Shown piece by piece: positions 24,647 to 37,655 of a stretch of 64,000 nucleotides of DNA. The stretch spans positions 21,330,001-21,394,000 of the forward strand of contig CM075989.1 of the NCBI GenBank assembly GCA_038087875.1. Reading direction: 5' to 3'. Numbering within the stretch: position 1 is the first letter of the stretch; every line of letters begins with the position of its first letter. The position numbers and the translations under genes are program-made. The notes under the pieces are model-generated. The model ran no database searches, was not told where the DNA came from, and was given only the letters and a program-made list of their open reading frames with translations. This stretch comes from Malacoraja senta. Lineage: Eukaryota.

Positions 24647-24835
24647 TGTGTTTAAGAAGGAACTGCAGATGCTGTAAAGTCGTAGGTAGACAAAAATGCT
24701 GGAGGAACTCAGCGGGTGCAGCAGCATCTATGGAGCAAGGGAAATAGGCAACGTTTCGGGCTGAAACGTTGCCTATTTCCCTCGCTCCATAGATGCTGCC
24801 TCACCCACTGAATTTCTCCAGCATTTTTGTCCACC
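24647..24835. mobile_element. Fold-back Penelope-tail element (variant B)
   Basis: Palindrome centred on gtttcgggctgaaac. Confidence 0.7.
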
Positions 24836-25573
24836 GACATTAAAGAAAAGCAGCTTAAATCTGTCCCAACCCTAGTAGGTTGGCGCGGTGTCAGTGCAGG
24901 TTGCTCATCAGACCACTTTCTTCAGACCAACTCCTCTTCAGACCATGTTCCTCAACCCGAAACGTCACCTATTCCTTCTCTCCAGTGATGCTGTCTGACC
25001 TGCGGAGTTACTCCAGCATTTTGTGTCTCCCGTGATGTGTTATATGCGGAGGTGTGACCAGTGGTTTGCATTGAGCGAGGGAAAAAACACAGTCAGATGT
25101 GGACATGCCGAACTTCCTGAGTCTCTTGAGGAAGTAGAGGCGTTGATGTGCTTTTTGGCCTTCGCTTCCAGGCGGTTGTTCTCATTAAAATCTTGTTCCC
25201 ATTAGTTATTATTTTGCTAAAATTGAATATGAAAACATGAATAAGTTAAATATTGTATTAAACATGACCTTGTGCATACTTATGGATGTAATAAATGTAT
25301 TTAATTGGGCTTGATGGTGATCAATATACTGGGAGTTTGAACAATACTCATGTAAAAACAAAATATCCAGTTGGTGGAAGTGTTGCCTGTAAAGATATCC
25401 CAGAACTGGGAAAGTGGATTGAGAACTTGTTTACCCAGAGTCAGTGGAAACCAAGATAACAGGTTAATAAAATGGATGCAACCGATCGCGTTGTCAAGGG
25501 AAACAAAAGCGAAGAGCCCGGCTCAAAAATAATAATTTAACTCTAGATTTTGTTGGACTTTGCGTCTTATTTG

Positions 25574-26115
25574 GGATGGCACAGTGGCACAGCTGATAGC
25601 TCTGTAGCCTCACAGCACCAGAGACCCCGGTTCGATCCCGATCTCGGGTGCTGTCTGTGTGGAGTTTGCCCATTCTCCTCATGACCGTGTGGGTTTTCTC
25701 CGGGTGTTTAGAGATACAGCGTGGAAACAGGCTCTTCGGCCCACCGAGTCCACGCTGACCAGCGATCACTGCACGCGAACACTATCCTACACACACACGA
25801 GGGAACAATTTACAATTACGCCAAGCCAATTAACCTACAAATCTGTACGTCTTTGGAATGTGGGAGGATCACGGAGAAAACCCACACAGGTCACAGGGAG
25901 AACGTACAAACTCCGTACAGACAGCACACGTAGTCAGGTGGTCTGGTTTCCTCCCACATCCCAAAGACGTGCAGCTCTGTAGGTTAATTGGCCTCAATAA
26001 AATTGTCTTAGTGTGTGGGGAGTGGTTGTGAAAGTGTAGGGCTAGACTGAATGGTTGATCGATTGTCAGCGGGGAGTCGATGGGCTGAAGGGCCCGTTTC
26101 CACGCTGTATCTTTC
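25574..26115. mobile_element. V-SINE (+) with a nested HE1-like SINE (-, 25706-25937)
   Basis: Plus-strand head and tail separated by an inverted SINE copy. Confidence 0.75.
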
Positions 26116-26609
26116 TCTCAATGAATCTCGAGGACCATCACATTCGCCCGTGAACAAAACGCTATGGTTTGTCGTTATTCATGCGTAAACTACCAACTAG
26201 GTTATGCATCCTGTAATTGTGAAAGGAATTATTATCTGTGGAATGAACACAAACTCCACACATTAAGGGTCAGCTTTTTCGAATCATCGAACACAATCTT
26301 GGAACCATTGCGGTGTCAAAAGCAGGAGGCATCTGCTCTGGATTAGCCATGCAGCCTCGCTATCCTGCAAAGTTTGATTGCTTTGGAACAAAAACAGAAA
26401 TTTCCCAACTTTCACCTTTTGTAGAAATGCAGCTTGTGGTTGAATATCTTCTCTCGGGAATTAAATTGATTGAGGACATTGCCCACCCAAATTGTTGCGC
26501 ACCATGGTCTCTTCCCTTTGCTAGTCCCTTGGATCCACCACCCACACATGTTGTTGTCCTCCACCATTTCATCCCCCCCCCCCCCAACTCCACTCAATTT
26601 AACCGCTGT

Positions 26610-26888
26610 GTTTAGTTTAGAGATGCAACAGGCCCTTCGGCCCACCGAGTCCGCACCGCCCACCGATCCCCGCACATTGACATACTAGGGACAATTTACA
26701 ATTTACACTTACATCAGCCGATTGACCTACCGACCTGTGCGTCTTTGGAGTGTGGGAGGAAACCCACGCGGGTCACGGGGAGAACGTACAAACTCCATAC
26801 AGGCAGCACCCGCAGTCGGGATCGGACCCGGGTCTCGGGCACGGCAAGCGTTGTAAGGCAGCAACTCTACCGTTGCGCCACCGTGCCA
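26610..26888 (-). mobile_element. HE1-like V-SINE
   Basis: Reverse complement of the SINE. Confidence 0.8.
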
Positions 26889-27124
26889 CTCTGCGGTGAA
26901 ATGATAGAGAGCCTTACCCTGGCATGGATACACAAAGAGTAACATGCTCTGAGAACAATGAGTCTCTCCCCTCCCCTCCCCTCCCCTAGCCTCTACCTCT
27001 TTGCAATCTCTCCCCTGATCACACGGTCAATTCCACCTGCCTCCACACCGGGGCATTCCTTGTCATTGCCAACATTATTATCCAACCCCGACCCCCTTAC
27101 TCTCCTTAGTTAATCATTTTGATG

Positions 27125-27439
27125 GGAGCGGCACGGTGACGCAGCGGTAGAGTTGCTGCCTGACATCACCTGAGACCCGGGGTTCGATCCTGACTACGGG
27201 TGCTGTCGGCGTGGAGTTTGTACGTTCTCCCCGTGACCCGCGTGGGTTTTATCTCCGGTTTCCTCCCACACTCTAAAGACGTTCACGTTTGTAGGCTAAT
27301 TGGCTTGGTAAAATTATAAACTGTCCCTAGTGTGTGTGGGATAGTGTTCGTGTGCGGGGATCGCTGGTCGGCGCGGACACGGTGGGCTGAAGGGCCTGTT
27401 TCTGCGCTGTATCTCTAAACTAAACTAAACTAAACTAAA
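27125..27439 (+). mobile_element. HE1-like V-SINE
   Basis: Full head, V-domain, tail, (ctaaa)n. Confidence 0.85.
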
Positions 27440-27724
27440 TATGGAAAGGAGGTATTCAGCCCATCAGGTCCCAGTGGGCCCATTCTTCTTTTCCATTTAG
27501 TCCCGTCATGTTTTCCGATCTGCCCATTAAATACTTATTTGCCAATTATCTACACAAGGGGATAATTAACAGTTGCAAATTAACAACAGCAGATCTTTGG
27601 GATGTGGGAGGAAGCGAACTATGGTGCAATGTCACTAATTACTGTGTCTCAGTGTGTTACTCCTTCAGCATACATCCCATGGTAAAGCCCTTTATCATTT
27701 CACTTCCATCTGCACCTTGACATC

Positions 27725-27728
27725 CTCC

Positions 27729-27776
<48 letters not shown>

Positions 27777-28195
27777 TCCCTCTCGTTCTCTCTCTCTCTT
27801 TCTCCCTCCCTCCCTCCCTCTCTCTCTCTCTCCATCCCCCTCCCTCTCTCTCTTTCTCTCTCTCTCCCTCTCCCTCTCCCTCCCTCGTTCTCTTTCTCTT
27901 TCTCCCTCTCCCTCCCCCTCTCCCTCCCCCTCTCCCTCTCCTTCTATTTCTCTCTCTCCCTCTCTCTCTCTCCCTCCCTCTCCCTCTTTCTCTCTCTCTC
28001 TCTCTCTCTCCCTCTCTCACTTTCTCTCTCTCTCTCTCTTTCTCCCTCTCCCTCTCTTTCTCTTTCTCTTTCTCCCTCTCCCTCTCCCTCTCTCCCTCCC
28101 TCTCCCTCTCCCTCTCTCTCTCTCTCCCTCTCTCTCTCTCCCTCTTCCTCTCTCCCTCTCCCTCCCTCTCCCCCTCTCCCTCTCTCTCTCGCTCC
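27725..28195. repeat. (CT)n/(CTCC)n polypyrimidine tract
   Basis: About 470 bp almost exclusively C/T. Confidence 0.95.
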
Positions 28196-28688
28196 CTGTC
28201 CCCATCCAGCCCCCCCCCTTTATTGTTGGGAAGGTGATGTTATGTTCTAGCTGCACAAGACGTTGCTGAGGCCGCATTTGGAATATTGTCTTCAGTTTTG
28301 GACACCCTGCTACAGACGTTAAGCTGGAAAGGGTGCAAAGAAGATTTACGATGATGTTGGCAGAAGTTGAGGACCTGAGGTTTAAGGAGAGCATGGGCAG
28401 GACAGGGAGGAGGCTTATGGACAGCATGCCTGATGCTTCTCTCCTGTACAAGAGTGTGGTTTAAGTCAAATAGCAACACAGCCGTGCCTGTTACAGTTTT
28501 ACGTAGACCCTCATGGAACCTTTCCCTTTCAGTTAAACTTCCAGGATTTGCTTTCCTTTTTGCCACTTCACCTTGCAGTATTTCATGGCCAATTCTCAGC
28601 TTGAAGTCCAAGCTGGGACATGATATCAATCTAAAAATCAGTAGAAGATTTAAAAATCGCTAGTCCCCATTTTCCTTGAACAGCACAA

Positions 28689-28995
28689 GGGTGGCACGGT
28701 GGCGCAGCGGTAGAGTTGCTGCCTTACAGCGCTTACAGCACCAGAAACACGGGTTCGATCCCAACTACGGGTGCTTTCTGTACAGAGTTTGTACGCTCTC
28801 CCCGTGACCGCGTGGGTTTTCTCCGAGATCTTCGGGGTTTCCTCCCACACTCCAAAGAGGTACAGGTTTGTAAGTTAATTGGCTTTGATATCAATGTAAA
28901 ATGTCCCAATCTGTGTCGGATAGTGTTAGTGTGCAGGGATCGCTGGTCAGCGTGGCCTCGTTGGGCTGAAGGGCCTGGTTCCACGCTGTATCTGT
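28689..28995 (+). mobile_element. HE1-like V-SINE
   Basis: Full structure. Confidence 0.85.
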
Positions 28996-29009
28996 AAAAA
29001 AAACTAAAG

Positions 29010-29355
29010 TACAGCACAGGAACAGGCCTTTCAGCCTGCAATGACTAGGCCGGGCACGATGACAAGTTAAACTAATATCCTCTGGATGCAGCTGATCCAT
29101 ATCCCTCCATTCCACACATATCCATGTGACTATCTCAAAGCCTCCTAGATGCCACTGTTGTATCTGCCTCCTCCACCACCACCACCCCTGACAGTGCATT
29201 CCAGGCATCTACCACTCTCTGTGTAAAAAAAAAACACTTGCCCCATGCATCTCCTTTAGATTTTGCCCCTCTCACCATAAGGTTACGTCCTCCAGCCTTT
29301 GACATGTCCGCTCTGGGATGAAGGCTGTCTATCCATGTCAAAGGTTTATATACTT
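29010..29355 (-). mobile_element. CR1/HER1 3' fragment
   Basis: FFTQRVVDAWNALSGVVV. Confidence 0.75.
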
Positions 29356-29929
29356 CTGTCACAGAAATCAATTGAGGACTCGGACTTATGGAGAGCGAGA
29401 CTTTATCACGTGATATCACGGAGGAACCGCCCCGGGAGACAGTTCATAGAAACATAGAAAAATAAGTGCAGGAGTAGACCATTCGGCCCTTCGAGCCATT
29501 CAATATGATCATGGCTAATCATCTAAAATCAGTTCCTACTTTCTCCCCATATCCCTTGATTCCGTTAGCCCTAAGAGCTAAATCTAACTCTCTCTTGAAA
29601 ACATCCAGTGAATTGGCCTCCACTGCCTTCTGTGGCCAATTAACTTACTTAAGAATACAGGCGTCTTTATGTGTATGTGACGACTAGCCCAGAGCTGAGT
29701 TCTGTAGATTAGTCAGGGGTTGTGATTTGAATAAGACTACTAGTCAGTGAAGGTAGACAAAAGTGCTGGAGAAACTCAGTGGGTGCGGCAGCATCTATGG
29801 AGCGAAGGAAATAGGCAACGTTTCGGGCCGAAACCCTTCTTCAGTGAGTTGTGCTTTGATTAAAACTGCCTAAATGATATTACTCAGACCCATACACAGA
29901 CGCTGTTGGTTTTGCAGCTAACAAGAATC

Positions 29930-30720
29930 ACAAGTGTTTTATTGTCATATGTCCCGGATGGGACAATGAAATTCTTACTTGCTGCAGCACAACAGAATAT
30001 GTAAACATTGTACATAACGGGGAAGAGAAAAAAAAGAAAAAGTTCAATAAATAACAAATATAGTGCAATAATAATATAGTCTTTTGTAGTTCAGAGCTCA
30101 TAGCTTATTCATTGTGTTTAATAGCCTGATGGCTGCAGGGAAGAAGCTGTTCCTGAGCCTGGACGTTACAGTCTTCAGGCTCCTGTACTTACTTCCTGAT
30201 GGCAGTGGTGAGATGAGTGTGTGGCCAGGATGGTGTGGGGTCTTTGATGACGTTGGCTGCCTTTTTGAGGCAGCGACTACGATAGATCCCATCGACGGTG
30301 GGGAGGGCAAAGACGGTGATGGACTGGGCAGTGGTCACAACTTTTTGTCGTCATTTTCGCTCCTGGACGTTCAAGTTGCCGAACCAGGCCACGATGCAAC
30401 CAGTCAGAATGCTCGCTACCGTGCACCTGTAGAAGTTTAGGGGAATCCTCTTCGACATGCCGAATCTCCGTAATCTTCTCAGGAAGTAGAGTCGCTGATG
30501 TGCCTTCTTTATAATTGCATCGGTGTGCTGGGTCCAGGAAAGATCTTCGGAGATATGCACGACCAGGAATTTGTAGTTATTGACCCTCTCCACCATCGTC
30601 CCGTTGATCTGAACACGATTGTGGGTCCTCATCCTTCCCCTACTAAAGTCCACAATCAGTTCCTTGGTCTTACTGATGTTGAGAGCCAGGTTGTTGTGCT
30701 GGCACCATTTGGTCAGTCGG
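29930..30720 (-). mobile_element. Rex1/Babar LINE 3' fragment (RT C-terminus and 3' UTR)
   Basis: WCQHNNLALNISKTKELIVDF...KKAHQRLYFLRRLRRFG...FYRCTVASILTGCIVAWFG; TSRLRNSFFPAAIRLLN. Confidence 0.85.
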
Positions 30721-31069
30721 TAATAACAACACATGCAAAGAAACAGATATCTGTATACAATGCTCAATTATTCGGCGTAGGCTTTCATAAATTCTCTCAC
30801 AACGTCTATCAGGTCTCCCCTCAGCCTCCGATGCTCCAAAGAAAACAATCCAACACTGTCCAACCCCTCCTTGCAGTTAATGCCCTCTAACCCATTCTAG
30901 TAAACCCACTTCTGCACCCTCTCCAAAGTCTCCACATGAAACTGCCTTCCTGCAATGGGGCGAGCAGAACTGCATGCATTATTCTAAAGAAGTCTGCAGA
31001 TGGGTCTCGTCCTGAAACGTCACCCACTACTTCTCTCCAGAGATGTCTCCAGCTGCCTGTCCTGCTGAG

Positions 31070-31384
31070 TTTAGTTTTTTGTTTAGTTTAGAGATACAGT
31101 GCGGAAACAGGCCCTTCAGCCCACCGAGTCAGCGCCAGCCAGCAATTCCCGCATTTTAACGCTATCCTACACACACTAGGGACAATTTACACCTACGCCA
31201 AGCCGGTTAACCTACTTACCTGCACGTCTTTGGAGTGTGGGAGGAAACCGAAGATCTCGGAGAAAATCCGCACAGGTCACGGGGAGAACGTGTAAACTCC
31301 GTACAGACAGCACCCGAAGTCAGGATCGAACCCGGGTCTCTGGCGCTGCAAGGCAGGAACTCCACTGCTGCGCCACCATGGCTG
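31070..31384 (-). mobile_element. HE1-like V-SINE
   Basis: Reverse complement of the SINE. Confidence 0.85.
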
Positions 31385-31591
31385 CCCTCCAGCATTTAGC
31401 GTCTATCTTCGATTAAACCAGTTCTTTCATACACGTCCTGCGCAATGTGGCCTAAACAAACCCTTGTAACTTTCCATCCTCACTTCTTGACTCTTCTGCT
31501 CAATGCCGCGGCCAATGAAGGCAAGCATACCATATGCCGTCCTCACCCAATCTATCTAGTTGTGTTGCCACTTTCAGGGAGTTGCCACTTA

Positions 31592-31809
31592 AAGGGGCCT
31601 GTCCCAGTTGGCAAATTTGCCGGCATCATATCAGCATCGCCAACAAATTTTGAACATTTCAAAATCCAGCGGCGACAAGAAAAATGTCGCGACACTTGAA
31701 AAAACACCGCGCGTCAATACGCCATCACGCCGCGTATTTTTCGGTGACCTGATACGTCAGTCAATGATGCTGGCAGTCGCCGAAAAAATGGGCAAGTGGG
31801 ACAGGCCCT
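31592..31809. mobile_element. PIF/Harbinger-type MITE
   Basis: TIR gggcctgtccca; TTA flanks; closely similar to 17354-17590. Confidence 0.8.
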
Positions 31810-32149
31810 TTATGGACTTGGGCAACAAGATCAATACTGTTAGGAGACTTGCCATTAACTGCATACATTCCCCTTACATTTGACCACCTGGCACATCAGA
31901 GCATGGAAGGAACGGTTAAAGAGAAGCTTTGTAGGTCTGGTGTCACTCTGCTCTCAGGCCCTGACAACATCCTGGCTCATGGATATAACCACCCTAACAC
32001 CACCCACAAGGTCTTGTTACAAAACATTCGCTGGAAGCTGAACAAAGTGCTTGAAATCCATTACTTATCCCCAGGAGCAGTGTGTGTCATCCACACTTGC
32101 AGCAAAGGCTACAGCAGCTGGAAATACAGTATGAAACTCAGAAGGCAGT

Positions 32150-32645
32150 TCTGACATATGATGAAAGAATGGGTCGACTGGGCTTGTGTTCAATGCAATT
32201 TAGAAGGAAGAGAGGGGCTCTTATAGAAACATATAAAATTCCTAAGGGGTTGGACAGGCTAGATGCAGGAAAAATGATGATGAGGGAGTCCAGAACCAGG
32301 GGTCACATTCCCGATGATGAGGGAGTCCAGAACCAGGGGTCACAGTTTAAGAATAAGGGGTCGGCCATTTAGGACTGAGATGAGGAAAAACTTTTTCAAC
32401 CTGAGCGTTGTGAATCTGTGGGATTCTCTGCCACAGAAGACAGTGGAGGCCAATTCACTGAATGTTTTCAAGAGAGATTTAGATGTAGCTCCTAAGGCTA
32501 AAGGAATCAAGAGATATGGGGAGAAAGCAGGAACGGGGTACTGATTTTAGATGTTCAGCCATGATCATATTGAATGGCGGTGCTGGCTCAAAGGGCTGAA
32601 TGGCCTACTCCTGCACTGATTTTCTATGTTTCTATGTTTCTATGA
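32150..32645 (+). mobile_element. CR1/HER1 3' fragment with an internal tandem duplication of about 37 bp
   Basis: TYDERMGRLGL...; duplicated gatgatgagggagtccagaaccaggggtcaca. Confidence 0.85.
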
Positions 32646-32925
32646 ATTAAAGGTTCTTCAATGCTAAATAGAAAGTTGTGCTCCAATACATTTTTAATGG
32701 AAGCATCCGAAGGCAGCGCAGCTGGTAACGCCAATGCCTCGTAGCGCCAGAGACCCGGGTTTGATCCTGACCTTGGCTGCTGTCTATATGGAGTTTGCAT
32801 GGGTGTGCTCCAGGTGCTCCGGTTTCTTCCCACATGCCAAAGGCATGCGTGTTTGCAGGTTAATTGGCCCTTGGTAAACTAGCCCGAGCGGATGAGAAAG
32901 TGGGATAACATAGAACTAGTGTGAA

Positions 32926-33112
32926 AGCTACAAACTTGTACGTCTTTGGAGTGCGGGAGAAAACCGAAGATCTCGGAGAAATCCCACGCAGGTCGCGGGG
33001 AGAACGTACAAACTCCGTACAGACAAGCACCCGTAATCGGGATCGAACCCGGGTCTCCAGCGCTGCATTTGTTGTGAAGGCAGCAACTCTACCGCTGCGC
33101 CACCGTGACCGC
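32926..33112 (-). mobile_element. HE1-like V-SINE 5' part (paralog of the 6968 copy)
   Basis: Shares the ttcacaacaaatgcagc variant and upstream flank with the 6968 copy. Confidence 0.8.
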
Positions 33113-34279
33113 CATGCGTAAGTGAGTGGGCAAGAAGTTGGCAGATGAGGGACAATGTGGCAAAGGGTGAGATTATCCACTTCAGAGGGATGATTTTTTT
33201 CTCAGTCTCTTCAGAGAGTAGAGACATTGGTGTCGTATCAATGTTATTGGTCCACGACAGATCATTGGTAAGAAGAGTCAAGAGCCAAACTAACCGAAAG
33301 GGTGGGATACCTACAAGCAAACTCACTGAAAGGCCACTCTGCCGAAAAGGCAAATAACGGACATGATGTCACCAGGGGGGTAGGACTTGTCAGCGATTGG
33401 TCCAGACCCCCACATCCATCACATCACTGGCTGGTGGAGACGGGAGGGTGGGGGTCATTTTCCCACACAAGCCATAGGTGAGTGGGGACTCTGAACCCGA
33501 GCACCAAGTTGTAAGTTGTCGAAGGAGCGCATCCCTCGGGACAGCCCCCGCTCTCCCACGGCCACGGCCGCCCTCCGCCTCGTCTCCCCCGTGCAGCCGC
33601 ACTGTGACGGGCTGTGTGTCGGCAGCGCCGGGTGGAGCAGAGGTGAAAGATCAGCACCTACCAACAATGAAGGCACGATGAAACCAGCTGCCGCAAGCCC
33701 GTCCCACAGGACGGGGTCGGCATTAAAACTCAAATAAGAGTTACTGATTTAAAAACGAAAATGTTGCATGTATAAATAGTTCTTACATTCAGGAACCTGG
33801 TTAATTAAGTGGGGGGATGGATAGCGGGGGCGGCGATGGCGATGCCAGGGTCGCCCCAGAAACACCTCCAGCAATGAGCTGGATCTAACCGCTGTCAAAG
33901 AGCACCTACCGCCTCTGACCAACTTGCAGCAGCAACGCCAGGATGGTGTGGGTCTTTGATGATTTTGGCTGCCTTTTTGAGGCAGCGACTCCCATAATAT
34001 TAAAAGCAAGGAACTTGAAGCTCTCACCCATTTCCGCTCCATCAATGCCGATTGGGGCATGTACTCCATCACGCTCTCTGAAGTCAATAACCAGTTCCTG
34101 GGTCTTGTATTTGGTTTAATCCAGCTATTTCATGAAATCCAATTTCTAGGCGAATAAATTTAAAATATACTTCATGCAATTTACAAACAAACCAATGCCG
34201 TGCAAAGACATGTTCACAAATATTTTATGAAATGTCACCCTTAGACAACATTCCCCTCTGCGTAGAAACAAAAGCGCAC

Positions 34280-34582
34280 CGCGGTGGCGCAGCGGTAGAG
34301 TTGCTGCCTTACAGCGCTTTACTGCACCAGATTCCCGGGTTCGATCCCGATTACGGGTGCTGCCTGTGCGGAGTTTGTACGTTCTCCCCGCGACCTGCGT
34401 GGGTTCTCTCCTGGTAGTCCGGTTTCCTCCCACGCTCCAAAGACGTACAGGAATGTAGGCTCATTGGCCTGATATAAATGTGAATTGTCCCTAGTGTGTG
34501 TTGGATGGGGATATTGTGCGGGGATCGCTGGTCGGCGCGGACTCGGTGGGCCAAAGGGCCTGTTTCCGCGCTGTATCTCTAA
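34280..34582 (+). mobile_element. HE1-like V-SINE
   Basis: Full structure. Confidence 0.85.
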
Positions 34583-35634
34583 GAACAAAAAAAACCTAAA
34601 AGGCCAATGTCCTGAAAAGCGCTATATAAATAAAATGTGTTATTATTATTAATGTGGATGTGGCTGAATTGTCAATTTGAGCTGCAGATGGGACATGCTT
34701 AGTATCGGAAGCAGATGCCCGGGAATTATCATACGTTTAAGACAAGGTCGATGGCAAAGCTGCAAGAACTGCAAGGACCAGCAATGTCCGGATCACAAGC
34801 AAAGAGTCCTTGGCTGAGATCCATGAAACGTCGGAGTCCTGATACTGTACAATTAGGTAATGTTAGCTGACATGGAGTTTGCACTGTGGCATGTGATTAA
34901 CCAACATGGAAGGGGGGTGGGGGGGGCAGTACTGTAAACTGCTGAGCAAGTTTGTTTTCGATACAAGGTCGACTCTCCTGGGGTTACCAACTGTGGCCTG
35001 CTGGAGATAAGTACTAAGTCTCTGCCGGATCCCAGGCATTGCAGAAACATGGTTTTGCAGTCCATGTCATTTTTATCTACAGCAGGAGTTTCAAAGACAT
35101 CGTTCCCCAACCTCAACATCTTGATATTGATAAGCCCTTTTGTTTAAAAGAAGACATTTGCCAGAAATTAAAAAGCGAGACATGTTACTATATAGTTTAG
35201 AGACACAGTGTGGAAGCAAACCCTTTGGCCCACCGCTGGCCTTAAACGTGGCTCCATCATTACCTGCTTGAGAGCACCCCTTCACTCGTTCCTGAACTGT
35301 GGCCGTGCAGTCATGAACTTGTCGATATAAGCACCGGTGGCCGTCAGCCATTGCTCGTGGTGTCTCCCTGTTGATTGATCTGAGTGCTTGATTTCTTATT
35401 TGACTTTGGCCTTGCTGAAGTGAGTTATGCATTAATTCCACGTTTGAGAGATATCCATGCACAGCTTGCCAAGCATATCCTTGAAGGTACCCCACCCACA
35501 CTACAGTACTCAGCCAAGAGCATTGGGAGTACCAGACTCTTATCTATTATTTGCTTAAGTCAGCACTTTGTATTAGTTTGGCCGCTGAAACAGTCCCGCT
35601 GCAAGGAGCATAAAATGATGTATTATTTGTGCTT

Positions 35635-36305
35635 TTAAATGCCAACCGTCTGCGGTTTTTTCGTCTTTTATTGTTATTTTGAGTGTGTTTTAAAAGTTTG
35701 TGTAAATGTTCTCCAGTTTGTTTCATGTGGGGGGTGGGGGATGGGGTCGGGGGAAACTTTTTTTCAATCTCCTACCTTGCCGGAGATGCGATTGTTTTCC
35801 GTGTCGCATCTCTGGTCGCTCTGCGGCCTAACATCTTGGAGCTGGAGGCCTCGCTCAGGACTGAACATCGGAGCCGATCCCTTGCCTGGGATCGCTCCAA
35901 CCGCGGCCTGCGGACTTTACCATCGAGAGCTCGCAGTCTCGGGAGAGGCCAAGTCGGGAGCTCTAACAACGCAGAGGGTTTCGACCAGCCCCGACCCAGG
36001 ATCCGATCGCCGGCACGGGGGGAGCTGAGGTTCCCCCCGGATGCAGGAGCTGGTCGCCCCCGATGCGGAGGGCCCAAACGCCGCCGGCTACAGGAGTCAA
36101 GATCGTCCCGTCAACGGACGGCTCGAGGCCCCCAACCGTGGGAGAACAAAGAAGGGAAGAGATTGAACTATTTTTTGCCTTCCGTCACAGTGAGGAAAGT
36201 GGAGGAGTCACTGTGGTGGATGTTTATGTTAAAATGTATTTTGTGTGTCCCATTGCTTTTTATTTGTATGACTGACTTGGCAAACGAAGTATTAATGTAT
36301 TGTAT
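35635..36305 (+). mobile_element. GC-rich non-autonomous retroelement (related to 1712-2554)
   Basis: Shared module ggggaaac...gatgcgattgttttccgtgtcgc...gcggccta and 3' tgccttcc..tcacagtg.gga; fragments at 38040-38160 (-) and 61265-61325 (+). Confidence 0.55.
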
Positions 36306-36540
36306 TGTTTAATGTACATAATAGAGGTGAGTCATACACCACGGAAACAGGCCCTTCAGCCCAACTTTCAGCCATTCGGCCCATCAAGTCTACTCCGCCA
36401 TTCAATCATGGCTGATCTAGCTCTCCATCCTAACCCCATTCTCGTGCCTTCTCACCATAGTTTAGTTTAAAGATACAGTGTGAAAACAGTCCCTTCGGCC
36501 CACCGAGTCCGCGCCGGCCAGCGATCGGCCATTCACACAC

Positions 36541-36830
36541 TAGTTTAGTTTAGAGATACAGCGCGGAAACAGGCCCTTCGGCCCAGCGAGTCCGTGCTGA
36601 CCAACGATCCCCGCACGTTAACACTATCCTACACACACGAGGGACAATTTACATGTATACCAAGCCAATTAACCTACAAACCTATACGTTTTTGGAGTGC
36701 AGGAGGAAATTGAAGATCTCGGGGAAAACCCACTCGGGCCACGGGGAGAACGTACAAACTCCGTACAGACAGCACCCGTAGTCAGGATCGAACCCGGGTC
36801 TCTGGCGCTGCAAGCGCTGTAAGGCAGTGC
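36541..36830 (-). mobile_element. HE1-like V-SINE
   Basis: Reverse complement of the SINE. Confidence 0.85.
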
Positions 36831-37111
36831 TGTGCCACAGTCCTGTACTTTTCTATGTTTTATGCTTCATACCCAATTCTAATAACAAAACAGCCATCAA
36901 GTTACACCTGGCGGTATTATGTCGTTCAGCGCAATAAATGCTGATGAATAAATAATCGCACTTGCTTAATGTAATGTGAGGTTTCACCAGGTTACACTGC
37001 GGGAGGTTTGGAGATTTAGAGTCTTGCTTGGCCATCGTGTGATCATCGCCTAATCAGCCAAATTAAACCACGAGTTACACAATCCTTATTTCTTTACGAA
37101 CTGTTTAAATG

Positions 37112-37311
37112 NNNNNNNNNNNNNNNNNNNNNNNNNNNNNNNNNNNNNNNNNNNNNNNNNNNNNNNNNNNNNNNNNNNNNNNNNNNNNNNNNNNNNNNNN
37201 NNNNNNNNNNNNNNNNNNNNNNNNNNNNNNNNNNNNNNNNNNNNNNNNNNNNNNNNNNNNNNNNNNNNNNNNNNNNNNNNNNNNNNNNNNNNNNNNNNNN
37301 NNNNNNNNNNN
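37112..37311. other. Assembly gap (200 N)
   Basis: Run of N. Confidence 1.
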
Positions 37312-37356
37312 TGGAACACAAAGTACTGGAGGACCAAAGTGTAAATGATCCACTTA

Positions 37357-37655
37357 GCACAGTGGCACACAGCAGTAGAGTTGCTGCCTCATGGCACCAG
37401 AGACCAGGGTTCAATCCTGATCACGGGTTCTGTCTGTACCGAGTTTGTGTGTCCTCCCCGTGACCGCATGAGTTTCCTCCGGGTGCTCCGGTTTCATCCC
37501 ACGTTCCAAAGACGTGTGAAAGTTTGTACGTTAATTGGCTTCTGTAAATTGTCCCTAATGTGTAAGATCGAACTGATGCACGGGGTGATCGCTGGTTGGC
37601 GCGGGCGCGGTGGGCCCGAGGGCCTGTTTCCACGCTGTATCTCTAAACTAAACCA
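37357..37655 (+). mobile_element. HE1-like V-SINE
   Basis: Head, V-domain, tail. Confidence 0.8.

Noticed and set aside
27654..28451. SL/RE-rich ORFs of 100-200 aa
   Set aside because: Artefacts of the (CT)n tract.
35639..36312. 209-aa and 129-aa ORFs (also 1916-2413)
   Set aside because: GC-rich repeat interior open in several frames on both strands, with no recognisable protein motif.
37086..37414. ORFs containing runs of X
   Set aside because: They span the 200-N assembly gap.
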